DNA of 64,000 nucleotides from an uncultured Gemmatimonadales bacterium (lineage in GTDB: Bacteria > Gemmatimonadota > Gemmatimonadetes > Palauibacterales > Palauibacteraceae), in the NCBI GenBank assembly GCA_963783385.1, contig CAWANJ010000006.1, forward strand, positions 384,001 to 448,000, in the 5' to 3' direction. Positions within the stretch are counted from its first letter, which is position 1, and each line of letters starts with the position of its first letter. The notes below the pieces were generated by a model. The model was not told the DNA's origin. It saw nothing but the letters and a program-made list of their open reading frames with translations, and made no database searches. The position numbers were made by a program, and so were the translations under genes. This document shows positions 47,281-57,714 of this stretch, in pieces.

Positions 47281-47790
47281 TCAGAGCCCCTCGGGATGCC
47301 GGCCCACTTGCGCCTCGAGCATCTCGATGCCCCGGCGCACGCTCTCCGGGATCGGAGCCTTGCTGGAGGCGCCATAATCGAACGAGACGACCACGCTGGA
47401 TCCCCTCGCCGCGAGCGCCTCCTGGTCCAGCGACACCAGCCTGTACTCGAGGGTGAAGCGATCCTCCCCGACCTCGGTCGCCCGCGTGGCGGAGATGACT
47501 CGGTCCGGATAAACGAGGGCCCTTCGGAAGCGGCAGTCGGCCGAGTGCAGGATGGCCCCGATCCCGCTGCGCTCGTAGGACGCTTGGAAGCCGCAGCGCA
47601 CCAGGTACTCGACGCGCGCGGACTCGAAGTAGCGGAAGAAGGCGGTGTTGTTGACGTGGCCGTAAGCGTCCATGTCCGACCACTGCACCGGAAGCTGCAC
47701 GGTCACCGGGTATGCTTCCAGCGATGTCTCGGGTCCACCCGGACCCGCTGCCCGGCCCGGACCCGCGCCGGGCGCGCTATGCTCCTCCAT
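47281..47790 (-). CDS. Acyl-CoA thioesterase (4HBT/FcbC hot-dog family)
   Basis: WSDMDAYGHVNN..FFRYFESAR; start ATG 47790. Confidence 0.92.
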   Translation of the reverse strand: MEEHSAPGAGPGRAAGPGGPETSLEAYPVTVQLPVQWSDMDAYGHVNNTAFFRYFESARVEYLVRCGFQASYERSGIGAILHSADCRFRRALVYPDRVISATRATEVGEDRFTLEYRLVSLDQEALAARGSSVVVSFDYGASSKAPIPESVRRGIEMLEAQVGRHPEGL

Positions 47791-47965
47791 GGCCCGCCTT
47801 TCCGTCGGTCGAGGTTGCCTGCACCAACGTGGGGGTCCCGGGCGTCCGCACGCCAATCCGGCGCCCGCCGGGCCGTCCCGCCCATTGGCCCGCCGGCCGC
47901 GGGGGTCGTAACGTCAGGAGGCGAAGACCCCTGCCGCGCCCCGTCCGGACGGCGCAGAGGAGACG

Positions 47966-48462
47966 ATGGCTCGGAGTAAGGACTTTCCCCCCCTGATCGT
48001 GGCGGTCGTGCTCGGAGCGCTCACCTTCGGGTTCCTGCACCTGCACTTCGTGACGTCCTGGCAGGAGCTGTACGTCAATTCACCGTGGCCGGGGTTCGAC
48101 GAGGCGGCGCGCCGCGGGCTCATCCAGCCGTGGTTCACGAACTCGCCCCGCAGCCTTCGCGTCACGGAGGTCGTCCTGTCCGGGCTCGCGTTCCTGGTGG
48201 GGCTCATCCGCGGGTCGCAGCCGTGGGCCACATCGTTGGCGCTGTGGCTCGGTGTCATGATTCCGCTCGTGCCCGTGCTGGTCGCGCGCAGCCTCCTGTC
48301 GACAGCCGCATCCTCACGATCACGATGTTCGGCCACGGGGACATCCCGACGCTCGCCCTCCTATACGAGGCCGTGCGGACGGGGGTGCCCATCGTCGCGG
48401 GGATGCTGTGCGCGGTGATCCTCCTGTTCCTGTGGCGGGCGCTGTTCGGCGGTTCCAGGTGA
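47966..48462 (+). pseudogene. Hypothetical membrane protein, frameshifted near 48300
   Basis: TM-rich N-terminus (MARSKDFPPL...) continues in another frame (DSRILTITMFG...LWRALFGGSR*), whose stop overlaps the luxE-like start. Confidence 0.6.
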
Positions 48463-49604
48463 GGTCGGGCGAGACACCGGAGGCCGAGGCGCGCCCGGCC
48501 GGCGAGGGACCGTTCGGAGCGCTGAGCGCGGAGCTGCGATCCCTGTTCCGCGCCTGGGGAGACGATCCGGCCTCGTGGCCCGCCGAGCGCTTCGGCGAGC
48601 TGGCGCTCCGGGCGTTCGAGCTCCAGTGGAGCACGGTGACCGCCTATCGGGCGTACTGCGCCGCGCGCGGCGTGCGGCCATCCACGGTCAGTGACTGGCG
48701 CGACATCCCCCCGGTTCCGACGGCCGCGTTCCGCGAGGTGGACCTGGCGGTCACGCCGCCGGCCGGGGCCGACCTCGTGTTCCGAACGAGCGGCACGAGC
48801 CGCGGCCCCGGCCGGCGGGGACGCCACCGCGTCGTGGACCCGGAGCTGTACCGAGCGGCGCTGGAGCCGGTGTTCGAGCGCTTCGTCCTCGGCTCCGGCA
48901 GCCGTCCCTGCGTCCTCTCCCTGGTGCCGCCCTTCGAGCGCGGCCGTGACTCGTCGCTGGCCTGGATGTGCGACGACATCGCGGCGCGGTTCGGCGCTCC
49001 CGGGTCGGGGAGCGTGGCGCACGGGGGCGAACCGGACTGGGCGGAGGCGCGGGCCCTCGTGGAGCGATGCGTGGCAGACGACGTCCCGGTGTGCGTGCTG
49101 GGCACCACGCTGGCCGTGGACGCCTGGGTCGAGCGGCTCGAGGCTCGCGGGGAGGCGCTCCGACTGCCCGAGGGCTCGGTCCTCATGGACACGGGGGGCG
49201 CCAAGGGACGCCCGGGCCTGCGGCGCGGCGCCGTCGTCGAGCGCCTGGGACGCGCGCTGGGTCTCTCCCCGGAGCGCGTGATCAACGAGTTCGGCATGAC
49301 CGAGCTCCTCTCGCAGCGCTACGGTCGGGGCGAGGCCGGCGTCGGCCCCTCCCCGCCACTCCTCGGCCCGCCGTGGCTGCGGACGCGGGCCCTGGACCCC
49401 GTGAGCCTCGAGCTCCTTCCGGAGGGCGAGGCGGGGGTCCTCTGCCACCTCGACCTGGCCAATGCGGGAAGCGTCGTGTGCATCCTCACGGAGGACATGG
49501 GGAGGATGCGCGGCGGGGCCCTCGAGTGGATCGGCCGCTCGCCCGGGGCTCCACCCCGCGGCTGCTCCCTGGCCACGGCCGAGCTCCTCGACGCGCTTGG
49601 CTGA
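48459..49604 (+). CDS. LuxE-like acyl-protein synthetase
   Basis: FRTSGTS, MDTGGAKGR, NEFGMTELLSQ, DLAN, ILTED, PRGCS with the C-terminal Cys. Confidence 0.87.
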   Translation: MRSGETPEAEARPAGEGPFGALSAELRSLFRAWGDDPASWPAERFGELALRAFELQWSTVTAYRAYCAARGVRPSTVSDWRDIPPVPTAAFREVDLAVTPPAGADLVFRTSGTSRGPGRRGRHRVVDPELYRAALEPVFERFVLGSGSRPCVLSLVPPFERGRDSSLAWMCDDIAARFGAPGSGSVAHGGEPDWAEARALVERCVADDVPVCVLGTTLAVDAWVERLEARGEALRLPEGSVLMDTGGAKGRPGLRRGAVVERLGRALGLSPERVINEFGMTELLSQRYGRGEAGVGPSPPLLGPPWLRTRALDPVSLELLPEGEAGVLCHLDLANAGSVVCILTEDMGRMRGGALEWIGRSPGAPPRGCSLATAELLDALG

Positions 49605-51003
49605 GCGGGGTCCGCGGCGAGAAGAGGGCCCGTGGCACCTGCCCGGGCTGCCCGTCGGGCAAGACCTCCCGGGCGTGGACGGGGCGGCGGCATCCGGGCG
49701 TCTCTTCCGGGTGCCCCGGCTCGAGCGGGTCGACGCGGAGGCCGTCGCCCGGGAGGTCCGCGCCGCGGCGATCGAGGCCCGGCGCCAGCTGTCGACCGCG
49801 GAGGTCGTCGCGGCGGCCTCGCGCGCGGCCCTGAGGCTGACCGATCCGGAGGACCCGGCGGGGGCGGATGCGGTCGCGATCCTCGCCGCCGAGCTCTCGT
49901 GGCCCGAGCCCCTGTCGCGTGAGACGCTCGCCGGCATGGCCCGCGGGTGGACGCGGGAGGCCCTCATCTCGGTGGTGGACCGCGAGCTCGGGGGCCCGGC
50001 CGCCCTGGACGGGTGGACGACCTCCGGCTCGGCGGCGCTCGCGGGGCGGCGGCGACGCGCGGCGGGTCCGCCCCTGCTGCTCGTCGTCCACGCCGGCAAC
50101 GTGCCGGGCGTGACGATCACGGCGGCGCTGCGCGGCCTGCTCGTGCGCTCGGGCGTCCTGTGCCGGGCCTCGGGGTCGGAGCCCGGGCTCCTGGCCTGCT
50201 TCGCCCGCGCCCTGGCCGAGGAGCACCCGCTCCTGGGCCGGTGCCTGGCCACGACCTGGTGGCCCCCCGCGCACGAGGCTCCGTGGGACGCGTGGGTAAA
50301 GCGCTCAGGTAAAGTGGTTGTGTACGGTGGCGATGCCGCCGTCGAAGGCGTGCGCTCCAGAGTCCCCGCGCACGTCGATCTGGTAGCATACGGTCCCCGG
50401 CTGGGGGTCGCCGCCGTGCTCCCCGATGCGCCGCTGGAGGAGACGGCCACCGCCCTGGCCCGCGACGTGTGCGCCTACGAGCAGCGGGGCTGCGTGTCGC
50501 CGCGTCTCGTCTACGCCGTGGGACGGGAAGGACGCGAGCTCGGCGAAGCCCTGTCCGGGGCGTTGGAACGGGAGGTCGCCAGGCTGCCGCGCCCGGCGGC
50601 CGACGCGGCCACCGCCGTGGCTCTGCGCTCGGCCCGGGCCGAGGCCGAGTTCGCGGCCCTCGCCGGCAGGCCGGTCCACCTGGAGGCGAGCGGGGAGACG
50701 GCGGCGTGGACGGTGGTCGTGGGAGGCGACCCGCTGCGCTCGGACTCCCTGCCCCGCTTCGTGCGCGTCCACGCCGTGGGTGACGTGGCCGAGCTCGAGC
50801 GCGTCCTGGCGCCCCTGGAAGGTCGGTTGCAGAGCGTGGGCTACGCGGGCGCCGCGGGGCTGGACGCGCTCGCCGACGTCGCGGCGCGGCTGGGAGCCTG
50901 CCGGGTCGCTCCGGTGGGAAGCCTGGCGTGGCCGCCGCCCGACTGGCTCCACGATGGGCGCCCGCAGCTCCTGCCGCTGCTGGCCTGGACCGAGTGGGAG
51001 TGA
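49597..51003 (+). CDS. LuxC-like acyl-CoA reductase
   Basis: HAGNVP, VVYGG, YEQRGCVSP with the catalytic Cys, HDGRPQL; TTG start overlaps the luxE-like stop. Confidence 0.85.
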   Translation: MAERGPRREEGPWHLPGLPVGQDLPGVDGAAASGRLFRVPRLERVDAEAVAREVRAAAIEARRQLSTAEVVAAASRAALRLTDPEDPAGADAVAILAAELSWPEPLSRETLAGMARGWTREALISVVDRELGGPAALDGWTTSGSAALAGRRRRAAGPPLLLVVHAGNVPGVTITAALRGLLVRSGVLCRASGSEPGLLACFARALAEEHPLLGRCLATTWWPPAHEAPWDAWVKRSGKVVVYGGDAAVEGVRSRVPAHVDLVAYGPRLGVAAVLPDAPLEETATALARDVCAYEQRGCVSPRLVYAVGREGRELGEALSGALEREVARLPRPAADAATAVALRSARAEAEFAALAGRPVHLEASGETAAWTVVVGGDPLRSDSLPRFVRVHAVGDVAELERVLAPLEGRLQSVGYAGAAGLDALADVAARLGACRVAPVGSLAWPPPDWLHDGRPQLLPLLAWTEWE

Positions 51004-51010
51004 CGCCCGG

Positions 51011-51948
51011 TCAGGCTCCGATCGACAGCCAGCGAGCCAGGAGCGGGTCGGCGACCCGAAGCGCTCCGCCGACCTCATCCAGGAGGCCGCGATCGCGCAA
51101 CGAAGCCGCGGCGCGCTGGGCGCTCGAGGCCGTGGTCAGGCCCGCCCCGGACAGGAAGTCGCGCCCGAACGGGTGAGCCTCGCCCCCACCCCGCGCCACG
51201 GCACGCAGGAACCGCCGCTGGTTGGGCGTGAGAGTCGTCCACGTCACCGTCCACGTCCGGGCTTCCCGTCCCGCGACCCGCTCCAGGGCTTCCTCGAGCA
51301 TCGCATCCTCCACGCGCCTCCCGCGGCCGCTCGCCAGGTCCCACAGCTCGTGGCTCAGGTGCTGAAGGTGGCGAGGGTGCCCCGCTACGAGCCGGTGCGC
51401 GGCCTCCACGTGCTCGTTGGCTACCCAGACATCGGTCTCGAGGAAGCGCTCCAGGGCATAGGGAAGCCAGGCGGCGAGCGGGAGGGGGCCGATCCCGAGC
51501 GGCTCCTCCCCGGGAGCGAGGAGTCGCTCGAGCGCCCCGGCGTCGTGACCGAACAGGAGGAGGCCGGAGCCGCCGGCCGCCTCCCGGAGCCGAAGGCCCG
51601 CGTCCGTGGCCGCGCCGTCCGCGGTCGACCGGTCGGCGTCGTCCACCAGGAGCGGGCGCTCCACGGGATGCTTAGCCTCCGCCGCGTTCGGGCCGGCGGA
51701 GGGGGGAGCCGGTGGGCGAGGTCGTTCCCGTCGGCCAGGTCCGCGAGGCCGACGAGGACCGGGTCCGCGCCCTCCGAACGCAGGCGATCGGCCACCTCCA
51801 GCGCCAGCGAGCTCACGCCGTGCCCGGCCGGGCCCGCCACCGCCGCCACGCGGCGCGCCCGCGCGGCGACGAGGAGGGCGTCGAGGACGTCCTCTCCGTC
51901 GCAGAGCGCGGAGCCCCGGACCGGTCCGTGATACGGAAATGGATTCAT
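51011..51948 (-). pseudogene. Degenerate AAA/ATPase-winged-helix protein, frameshifted at a G6 run (51701-51706)
   Basis: MNPFPYHGPV...GPAGHGVSS in one frame; LLVDDAD...GHPRHLQ...DPLLARWL in another. Confidence 0.7.
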
Positions 51949-52175
51949 GATTATGCACGATGCGTAGTATGCGCGTCGAGCGCAAACCGGCGGGCCGGAC
52001 GTCCCGCGGGGCGGTCCGGCCGGGGACCCCGTCCGAGGCCGAGCCCGCGGGCTGTCTCGGGCGCCGTCGGCCCGCTACCTTGCGGCCGGCCGGGCTCCCG
52101 GGGGCGTCCCGGAACCGCCCGCCGGGGACCGGATGGAGCGAGGATCGAGGGGCGATGCGGGGCCGGCAGGAGGGG

Positions 52176-54215
52176 ATGCGCGGGCGGGGCGGGGACGACG
52201 GCTCGCCCCCCGGATGGTCGGCGGTGGTTCTCCTCGCGCTCGTGGTCTGCAGCGCCCTGCCGGCACCCGCCGTGGCCTCTCGTCCCGCGCCGACGCCGGC
52301 CGACACGGGTCTCGTCTCGGCGGTCCCCGTGTTCACGCCCGTGGTGCCGCCAGCCTCCTACCGCCGGGCGATCCGGCGCGGCACGCGCACGACCGCCGGC
52401 GTGCCGGGGCCGTCCTACTGGCAGCAGGAAGTCGACTACCGGATCCACGGCCGCCTCGTGCCGGACTCCGCCCTGATCCACGGCCGCGAGACCGTCACCT
52501 ACGTCAACCACTCCCCGGACACCCTCTCCACCCTGACCCTCCACCTGTACCAGAACATCTTCGCACCGGGCGCGCAGCGCGACCGCACCGTCCGGCTGAC
52601 CGGTGGGATCCACCTGGAGCGGGTCGAGGCCCAGGGACGCGTCCTGGCGGAGGGAGTGGGTCGCGGCCCGGACACGGGACCCGGCTCGGTGGGCCGGGCG
52701 GACGCGGACTCCGGCTCCGCCGCCGGCTACGCCGTCGATGGGACCCTCGCGCACCTTCGCCTTCCGCGACCGCTCGCCCCCGGCGACACGGCGCGACTGG
52801 CGTTTGCGTGGCACTTCCGGATGCCGGGCGAGCGCTCGTTCCGGACCGGCAGCATCGACCACGACGTGTTCGTCGTCGCCCAGTGGTATCCGCAAGTGGC
52901 GGTGTACGACGACGTCGACGGCTGGGACGAGACGCCCTACCTGGGCGACGGGGAGTTCTACCTGGAGTACGGGGACTTCAGCGTCGACCTCGCGGTGCCG
53001 GCGGGCTACCTGGTCACGGCCACGGGGACGCTCCAGAACCCCACCGACGTGCTCCGCCCCGGCGCGGCGGCCCGACTGCGCGCGGCGGCCCGGGGCGACT
53101 CGGTCGTGGCGGTGGTCGGTTCGGCCGACCGGCAGGCGGGCCGGGCCACGCGAGACGGCGGCGCCTCGGGGACCCTGACCTGGCGCTATCGGGCCCGGAG
53201 GGTCCGGGACTTCGCCTTCGCGACCAGCTCCCGGTACGTGTGGGACGCCGTGGGAGCGCGGGTGGGAGGCGAACAGGGACGCACGCGGGTCGATGCCCTC
53301 TACGACCCGGCGGTGAGCTGGTGGACCGACGCCGCGAAGTTCGAGAAGCACGCGCTCGAGTTCTACAGCCGCTACATCATGTCGTACCCCTGGCCGCACG
53401 CGAGCGCCGCCTACGGGCCGATCGGCGGAATGGAGTACCCGATGCTCGTGTTCATCGGACGATCGGGGCCCGGCCCGCGGCTGTACGGCGTCCTGGCGCA
53501 CGAGCTCAGCCACCAGTGGTTCCCTATGCAGGTGGGCTCCCGGGAGGCCGCCTACGCGTGGATGGACGAGGGCTTGACCACCTTCGACGAGTCGCTGGCC
53601 GCCGGCAACTACTTCGGTAACGACGTGGCGAGGCTGGGCGACATGGCGGCGTACGACGAGGCCGCGACGGCCGGCATCGAGGCGCCCCTCATGCAGCACA
53701 CCGACCACGTGACGAACCCGCGCGGACGCGTGGTCGCCGCCTATTCGAAGCCCGCCACGGTCCTGCACGCCCTGCGCACCCTTCTGGGCCCCGCCACCTT
53801 CGACTCCGCCTACGCGCGCTACGCCCGGGACTGGCAGTACGGGCATCCCCTGCCCTGGGACTTCTTCTCGGTCATGGAGCAGGCGGCGGGCCGGGACCTG
53901 GACTGGTTCTGGAAGGAGTGGTTCTACCGGACCGACGTCCTCGACCAGGCCCTCGGCGGCGTGGAGCCGGCGGGCGATGGCGTGCGGGTCACGGTCGAGA
54001 ACCGGGGAAATGCCGTGATGCCGGTGCTGCTGCGGCTGACCCTGGAGGATGGCTCCACCATCGAGGCGCGCTGGCCCGCCGACGTGTGGGCCTCGACGCG
54101 GCGAGTCACCCTGCTCGTCACGGTCCCGGGCGCCGTGGAGAGAGTCGAGCTCGATCCCCGGCACCTTTTCCCCGACGTGGACCGCAAGAACGACGTGTGG
54201 GAGGCGCACCGATGA
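52176..54215 (+). CDS. Secreted M1 family metallo-aminopeptidase
   Basis: GGMEYP, HELSHQWF, WMDEG, YWQQ; start approximate. Confidence 0.93.
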   Translation: MRGRGGDDGSPPGWSAVVLLALVVCSALPAPAVASRPAPTPADTGLVSAVPVFTPVVPPASYRRAIRRGTRTTAGVPGPSYWQQEVDYRIHGRLVPDSALIHGRETVTYVNHSPDTLSTLTLHLYQNIFAPGAQRDRTVRLTGGIHLERVEAQGRVLAEGVGRGPDTGPGSVGRADADSGSAAGYAVDGTLAHLRLPRPLAPGDTARLAFAWHFRMPGERSFRTGSIDHDVFVVAQWYPQVAVYDDVDGWDETPYLGDGEFYLEYGDFSVDLAVPAGYLVTATGTLQNPTDVLRPGAAARLRAAARGDSVVAVVGSADRQAGRATRDGGASGTLTWRYRARRVRDFAFATSSRYVWDAVGARVGGEQGRTRVDALYDPAVSWWTDAAKFEKHALEFYSRYIMSYPWPHASAAYGPIGGMEYPMLVFIGRSGPGPRLYGVLAHELSHQWFPMQVGSREAAYAWMDEGLTTFDESLAAGNYFGNDVARLGDMAAYDEAATAGIEAPLMQHTDHVTNPRGRVVAAYSKPATVLHALRTLLGPATFDSAYARYARDWQYGHPLPWDFFSVMEQAAGRDLDWFWKEWFYRTDVLDQALGGVEPAGDGVRVTVENRGNAVMPVLLRLTLEDGSTIEARWPADVWASTRRVTLLVTVPGAVERVELDPRHLFPDVDRKNDVWEAHR

Positions 54216-55474
54216 GCGACACGGGCTCCGTGTGGGATGCCTACGCGGCTTTCCTGCGCCGTCCGCCCGAGACCGTGCTCGCCTGGCAGGATCCGCTGTC
54301 GGAGGCCCGGGGATGGCTGGTGCTGAACAGCCGCCGTGGTGGGGCGGCCGGGGGCGGGACACGCATGCGCCGGGGGCTCGGCCCGGAGGAGGTCACGTAT
54401 CTGGCCAAGGTCATGGAGCTCAAGTTCGCGCTCTCCGGACCCTCGATCGGCGGAGCGAAATCGGGGATCGACTTCGATCCGAACGACCCGCGCAGGGCGG
54501 AGGTCCTGGCCCGGTGGTTCCGGGCCATCGAGCCCTTCCTGGGCGCCTGCTACGGCACGGCGGGCGACCTGAACGTCGACGAGGCGCGCGACGTCGTGCC
54601 CCTCTGCCACGCCGTGGGCATCCGACATCCCCAGGAGGGGGTCGCCCGGGGGCACTTCGGACTCTCCGGATCGGCCCTCGACGAACGCCTCAATGCCATG
54701 GAGCACGTCCTCCACGGAGAGGCCGACGGTGCGCACGCCGTGCCGGGCGCCGAACGCCTGCGCGTGATCGACCTGGTGACCGGGTTCGGGGTGGCCCGAG
54801 CCGCCCTCCGCCTGCTGGAGCGCCAGGGGCGCGAGCCGGCCGAGGCGCCGGCCCTGATCGAGGGGTTCGGCAATGTGGGTGGTGCGGCCACCTGGTACCT
54901 GGCCGAAGCGGGCGTCCCCATCGCTGGGATCGTGGACGCGCGGCACGCGCTCGTTCCCCCCGATCCCCTGGACGCCGCCGGCGTGGCCGACCTGCTGGCG
55001 CGGCGGTCCGGGAACGCCCTGCCGCTGCCGGAAGGAGGGGACGAGGGTGATCGGGCCCGGTTCCGGGAGGAGCCCGCGGTCCTGTACGTGGCCGCGGCCG
55101 CCTCGGGGACGCTCAACGCGGCGGTCCTGGACGCGCTGGAGGCCCAGGGAGTCGAAATGCTCGCCTGCGGCGCTAACCGGCCATTCACCGCGGAGGTTCC
55201 GGGCGACACGCGGCTCGAGCAAGACGTCGATCGCCGTTTCGCCGTCATCCCGGACGTGATCGCCAACTGTGGGGCCGCGCGCTCCTTCTACCAGCTGATG
55301 CGCAGCGATCGGGCGGAGAGCGCCGAGACGCTGTTCGAGTCGGTGCGAACGGTGATCGAGGACGCCCTCAATGAGACGGTCGCCCGAGCCGGGAGCGCCC
55401 GTCGCGGCCTCCTGGCATCCACCCTCGGTACCCTGCTCGAGCGGGCGGCGTCGGAGGGAGAGGACCCGGCGTGA
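54212..55474 (+). CDS. Glu/Leu/Phe/Val dehydrogenase family protein
   Basis: GGGTRM, GGAKSG, TGFGVA, EGFGNVG, GAN, IPDVIANCG; start ATG 54212. Confidence 0.9.
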   Translation: MSDTGSVWDAYAAFLRRPPETVLAWQDPLSEARGWLVLNSRRGGAAGGGTRMRRGLGPEEVTYLAKVMELKFALSGPSIGGAKSGIDFDPNDPRRAEVLARWFRAIEPFLGACYGTAGDLNVDEARDVVPLCHAVGIRHPQEGVARGHFGLSGSALDERLNAMEHVLHGEADGAHAVPGAERLRVIDLVTGFGVARAALRLLERQGREPAEAPALIEGFGNVGGAATWYLAEAGVPIAGIVDARHALVPPDPLDAAGVADLLARRSGNALPLPEGGDEGDRARFREEPAVLYVAAAASGTLNAAVLDALEAQGVEMLACGANRPFTAEVPGDTRLEQDVDRRFAVIPDVIANCGAARSFYQLMRSDRAESAETLFESVRTVIEDALNETVARAGSARRGLLASTLGTLLERAASEGEDPA

Positions 55475-56181
55475 CCGGCGAAGGACCGCCGACCGGCACG
55501 TCGGCCGTGGTGTGGTCCGGCGGCAAGGACTCCACCCTCGCCCTGCACCGGGCACTTCGCCAGGGACACCGGGTGACCCATCTCCTCACCGTCTACGACC
55601 GCGTGACCGGGCGGGTGCCCTACCACGGCGTCAGCCGCGAGCTGATCGCCGCACAGGCCGCGGCGCTCGGTCTCGAGCCCGTTGTGGAGGCGAGCGAGGA
55701 GGGCGCGTTCGAAGAGGCGCTGGCGCGCGGCTTCGACCGACTCAGGGACGCCGGTGTCGAGGCCCTCGTGTTCGGCAACATCCACCTGGCGGACGTTCGC
55801 GCGTGGTACGAGGAGCGGGTCCGGGCCGCCGGCTTCGAGCACGTCGAACCTCTGTGGGGCGGTGACCCCGCGCGACTCGTGCGGGAGTTCGTATCGCTCG
55901 GCTACCGGGGCGTCGTGGTCAGCGTCATGCTCGGCCGTGCCGACCCGGAGTGGCTCGGCCGCGAGTTCGGGGGCGAGCTCCTGGCCGAGATCGCCGCGCG
56001 CGAGGAGATCGATCCCTGCGGGGAGCACGGCGAGTTCCACTCCTTCACCCGCGACGGGCCGATCTTCACGAAGGCCGTTCCGCTGCGTCCCAGGGGGGAG
56101 CGCGAGCAGAACGGCTATCGCTACCTGGACCTCGAGATCGACGATCCGGCGACCCGTGCAGGGGCGGGTGACCGGGCGTAG
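55471..56181 (+). CDS. Diphthine-ammonia ligase-like PP-loop ATPase (DUF71)
   Basis: WSGGKDS, EPLW, DPCGEHGEFHS. Confidence 0.9.
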   Translation: MTGEGPPTGTSAVVWSGGKDSTLALHRALRQGHRVTHLLTVYDRVTGRVPYHGVSRELIAAQAAALGLEPVVEASEEGAFEEALARGFDRLRDAGVEALVFGNIHLADVRAWYEERVRAAGFEHVEPLWGGDPARLVREFVSLGYRGVVVSVMLGRADPEWLGREFGGELLAEIAAREEIDPCGEHGEFHSFTRDGPIFTKAVPLRPRGEREQNGYRYLDLEIDDPATRAGAGDRA

Positions 56182-56250
56182 TTTGAGGTCGAGAGGGTCC
56201 GATTCGGCCCGTTCCGACGCATCCAGAAGCCCGTCAGCGAGGATAGTCAG

Positions 56251-57633
56251 GTGACGTCGATCGACGAGTACGTACGCAGCCAGCGCCAGCGTTACGAGGA
56301 GGAGCTGTTCGATTTCCTCCGGATTCCGAGCGTCAGCACCGAGACCCGTTACCGGGACGACGTGCGGCGGTGCGCCGAGTGGGTGGCCGACCGGACGCGG
56401 GAGGCCGGCGTATCGTCGGTCGAACTGGTCGACACGCCGGGGCATCCGATCGTCTACGGCGAGCATCACGTGTCCGATGACGCGCCCACCGTGCTGGTCT
56501 ACGGTCACTACGACGTCCAGCCGGTCGATCCCGAGGAGCTGTGGGATTCGCCCCCCTTCGAGCCCACCGTGCGGGGTCACCGGGTCTACGCCCGCGGGGC
56601 CACCGACAACAAGGGCCAGGTGTTCATGCACCTGAAGGCCCTCGAGGCCTGCCGGGAGACCGGCGGACGGCTGCCCGTGAACGTCAAGCTGCTGATCGAG
56701 GGCGAGGAGGAGATCGGGAGCGTCAACGTCGAGGAGTTCCTGGTCGAGCAGAAGGACCGACTCGCGTGCGACGCGGTCATCCTCAGCGACACGGGCATGT
56801 TCGCGAAGGGGCTGCCCACCATCACGGTGGGCCTTCGGGGCATGGTCTACTTCGAGGTCCGCTTCCGGGGTCCGGCCTCGGACCTCCACTCCGGCGTGTA
56901 CGGCGGGGCGGTGGAGAATCCCGCCAACGCCCTGGCGACAGTGATCGGACGCCTCAAGGACGACGACCACCGAGTCACGATTCCCGGCTTCTACGATGCC
57001 GTCCGGGCCATCACGGACCAGGAGAGGGCCAATCTGGCCAATCTCCCCTTCGACGAGGGGACCTACCTGGAGGAGGAGGTGGGAGCGCCGGCCCTCGCGG
57101 GGGAGGAGGGGTTCGGCACGCTGGAGCGCGTGTGGTTCCGGCCCACGCTCGACGTGAACGGGCTACTGTCCGGGTTCACCGGAGAAGGCGCCAAGACCGT
57201 ACTTCCGTCGAAGGCCATGGCCAAGATCTCGATGCGGCTTGTCCCCGACCAGGACCCGGAGGCCATCCGCGACTCGTTCGAGTCCTACATCCGGGAGCTG
57301 GCGCCCGAGGGGGTCTCGGTCGAGATCGACCTGTGCAACGCGGGCCGCGCTTGGGCCGCCGATCCGGAGGGCCCCCTGTTCACGGCCGCGCAGGAGGCAC
57401 TGGAGGCCGGCTTCGGTCGCTCGCCCGTGTTCATCCGGGAGGGGGGGTCGATCCCGATCGTGGCGTTGTTCTCGGAGACCCTGGGCGCGCCCGTGGCCCC
57501 GATCGGCTTCGCGCTACCGGGCTGTAACCTGCACGCTCCCAACGAGTGGTTGGACCTGGACGTCTACCACGACGGTATCGATGCTCTCGCCCGTCTGTAC
57601 GCCCTGATCGGGGAGCGCGGCCTCTCGGGCTGA
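56251..57633 (+). CDS. M20 family dipeptidase
   Basis: YGHYDVQP, RGATDNKG, EGEEEIGS, DLHSG, HAPNE. Confidence 0.95.
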   Translation: MTSIDEYVRSQRQRYEEELFDFLRIPSVSTETRYRDDVRRCAEWVADRTREAGVSSVELVDTPGHPIVYGEHHVSDDAPTVLVYGHYDVQPVDPEELWDSPPFEPTVRGHRVYARGATDNKGQVFMHLKALEACRETGGRLPVNVKLLIEGEEEIGSVNVEEFLVEQKDRLACDAVILSDTGMFAKGLPTITVGLRGMVYFEVRFRGPASDLHSGVYGGAVENPANALATVIGRLKDDDHRVTIPGFYDAVRAITDQERANLANLPFDEGTYLEEEVGAPALAGEEGFGTLERVWFRPTLDVNGLLSGFTGEGAKTVLPSKAMAKISMRLVPDQDPEAIRDSFESYIRELAPEGVSVEIDLCNAGRAWAADPEGPLFTAAQEALEAGFGRSPVFIREGGSIPIVALFSETLGAPVAPIGFALPGCNLHAPNEWLDLDVYHDGIDALARLYALIGERGLSG

Positions 57634-57714
57634 TGCGGTGTCGTGAGGCGGAGACCGGCGCGACGTCGCCGTCCCGGCCGGCCGGAGCGGAGTGCGACCC
57701 GCCGCCGCCGACTT

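Noticed and set aside
48459-51003. Bioluminescence locus
   Set aside because: No luxA, luxB or luxD in the window.
18019-51948. Programmed frameshifting as the explanation for the four broken genes
   Set aside because: No canonical slippery heptamers; two breaks are in homopolymers and the genes are unrelated, so assembly indels are more parsimonious.
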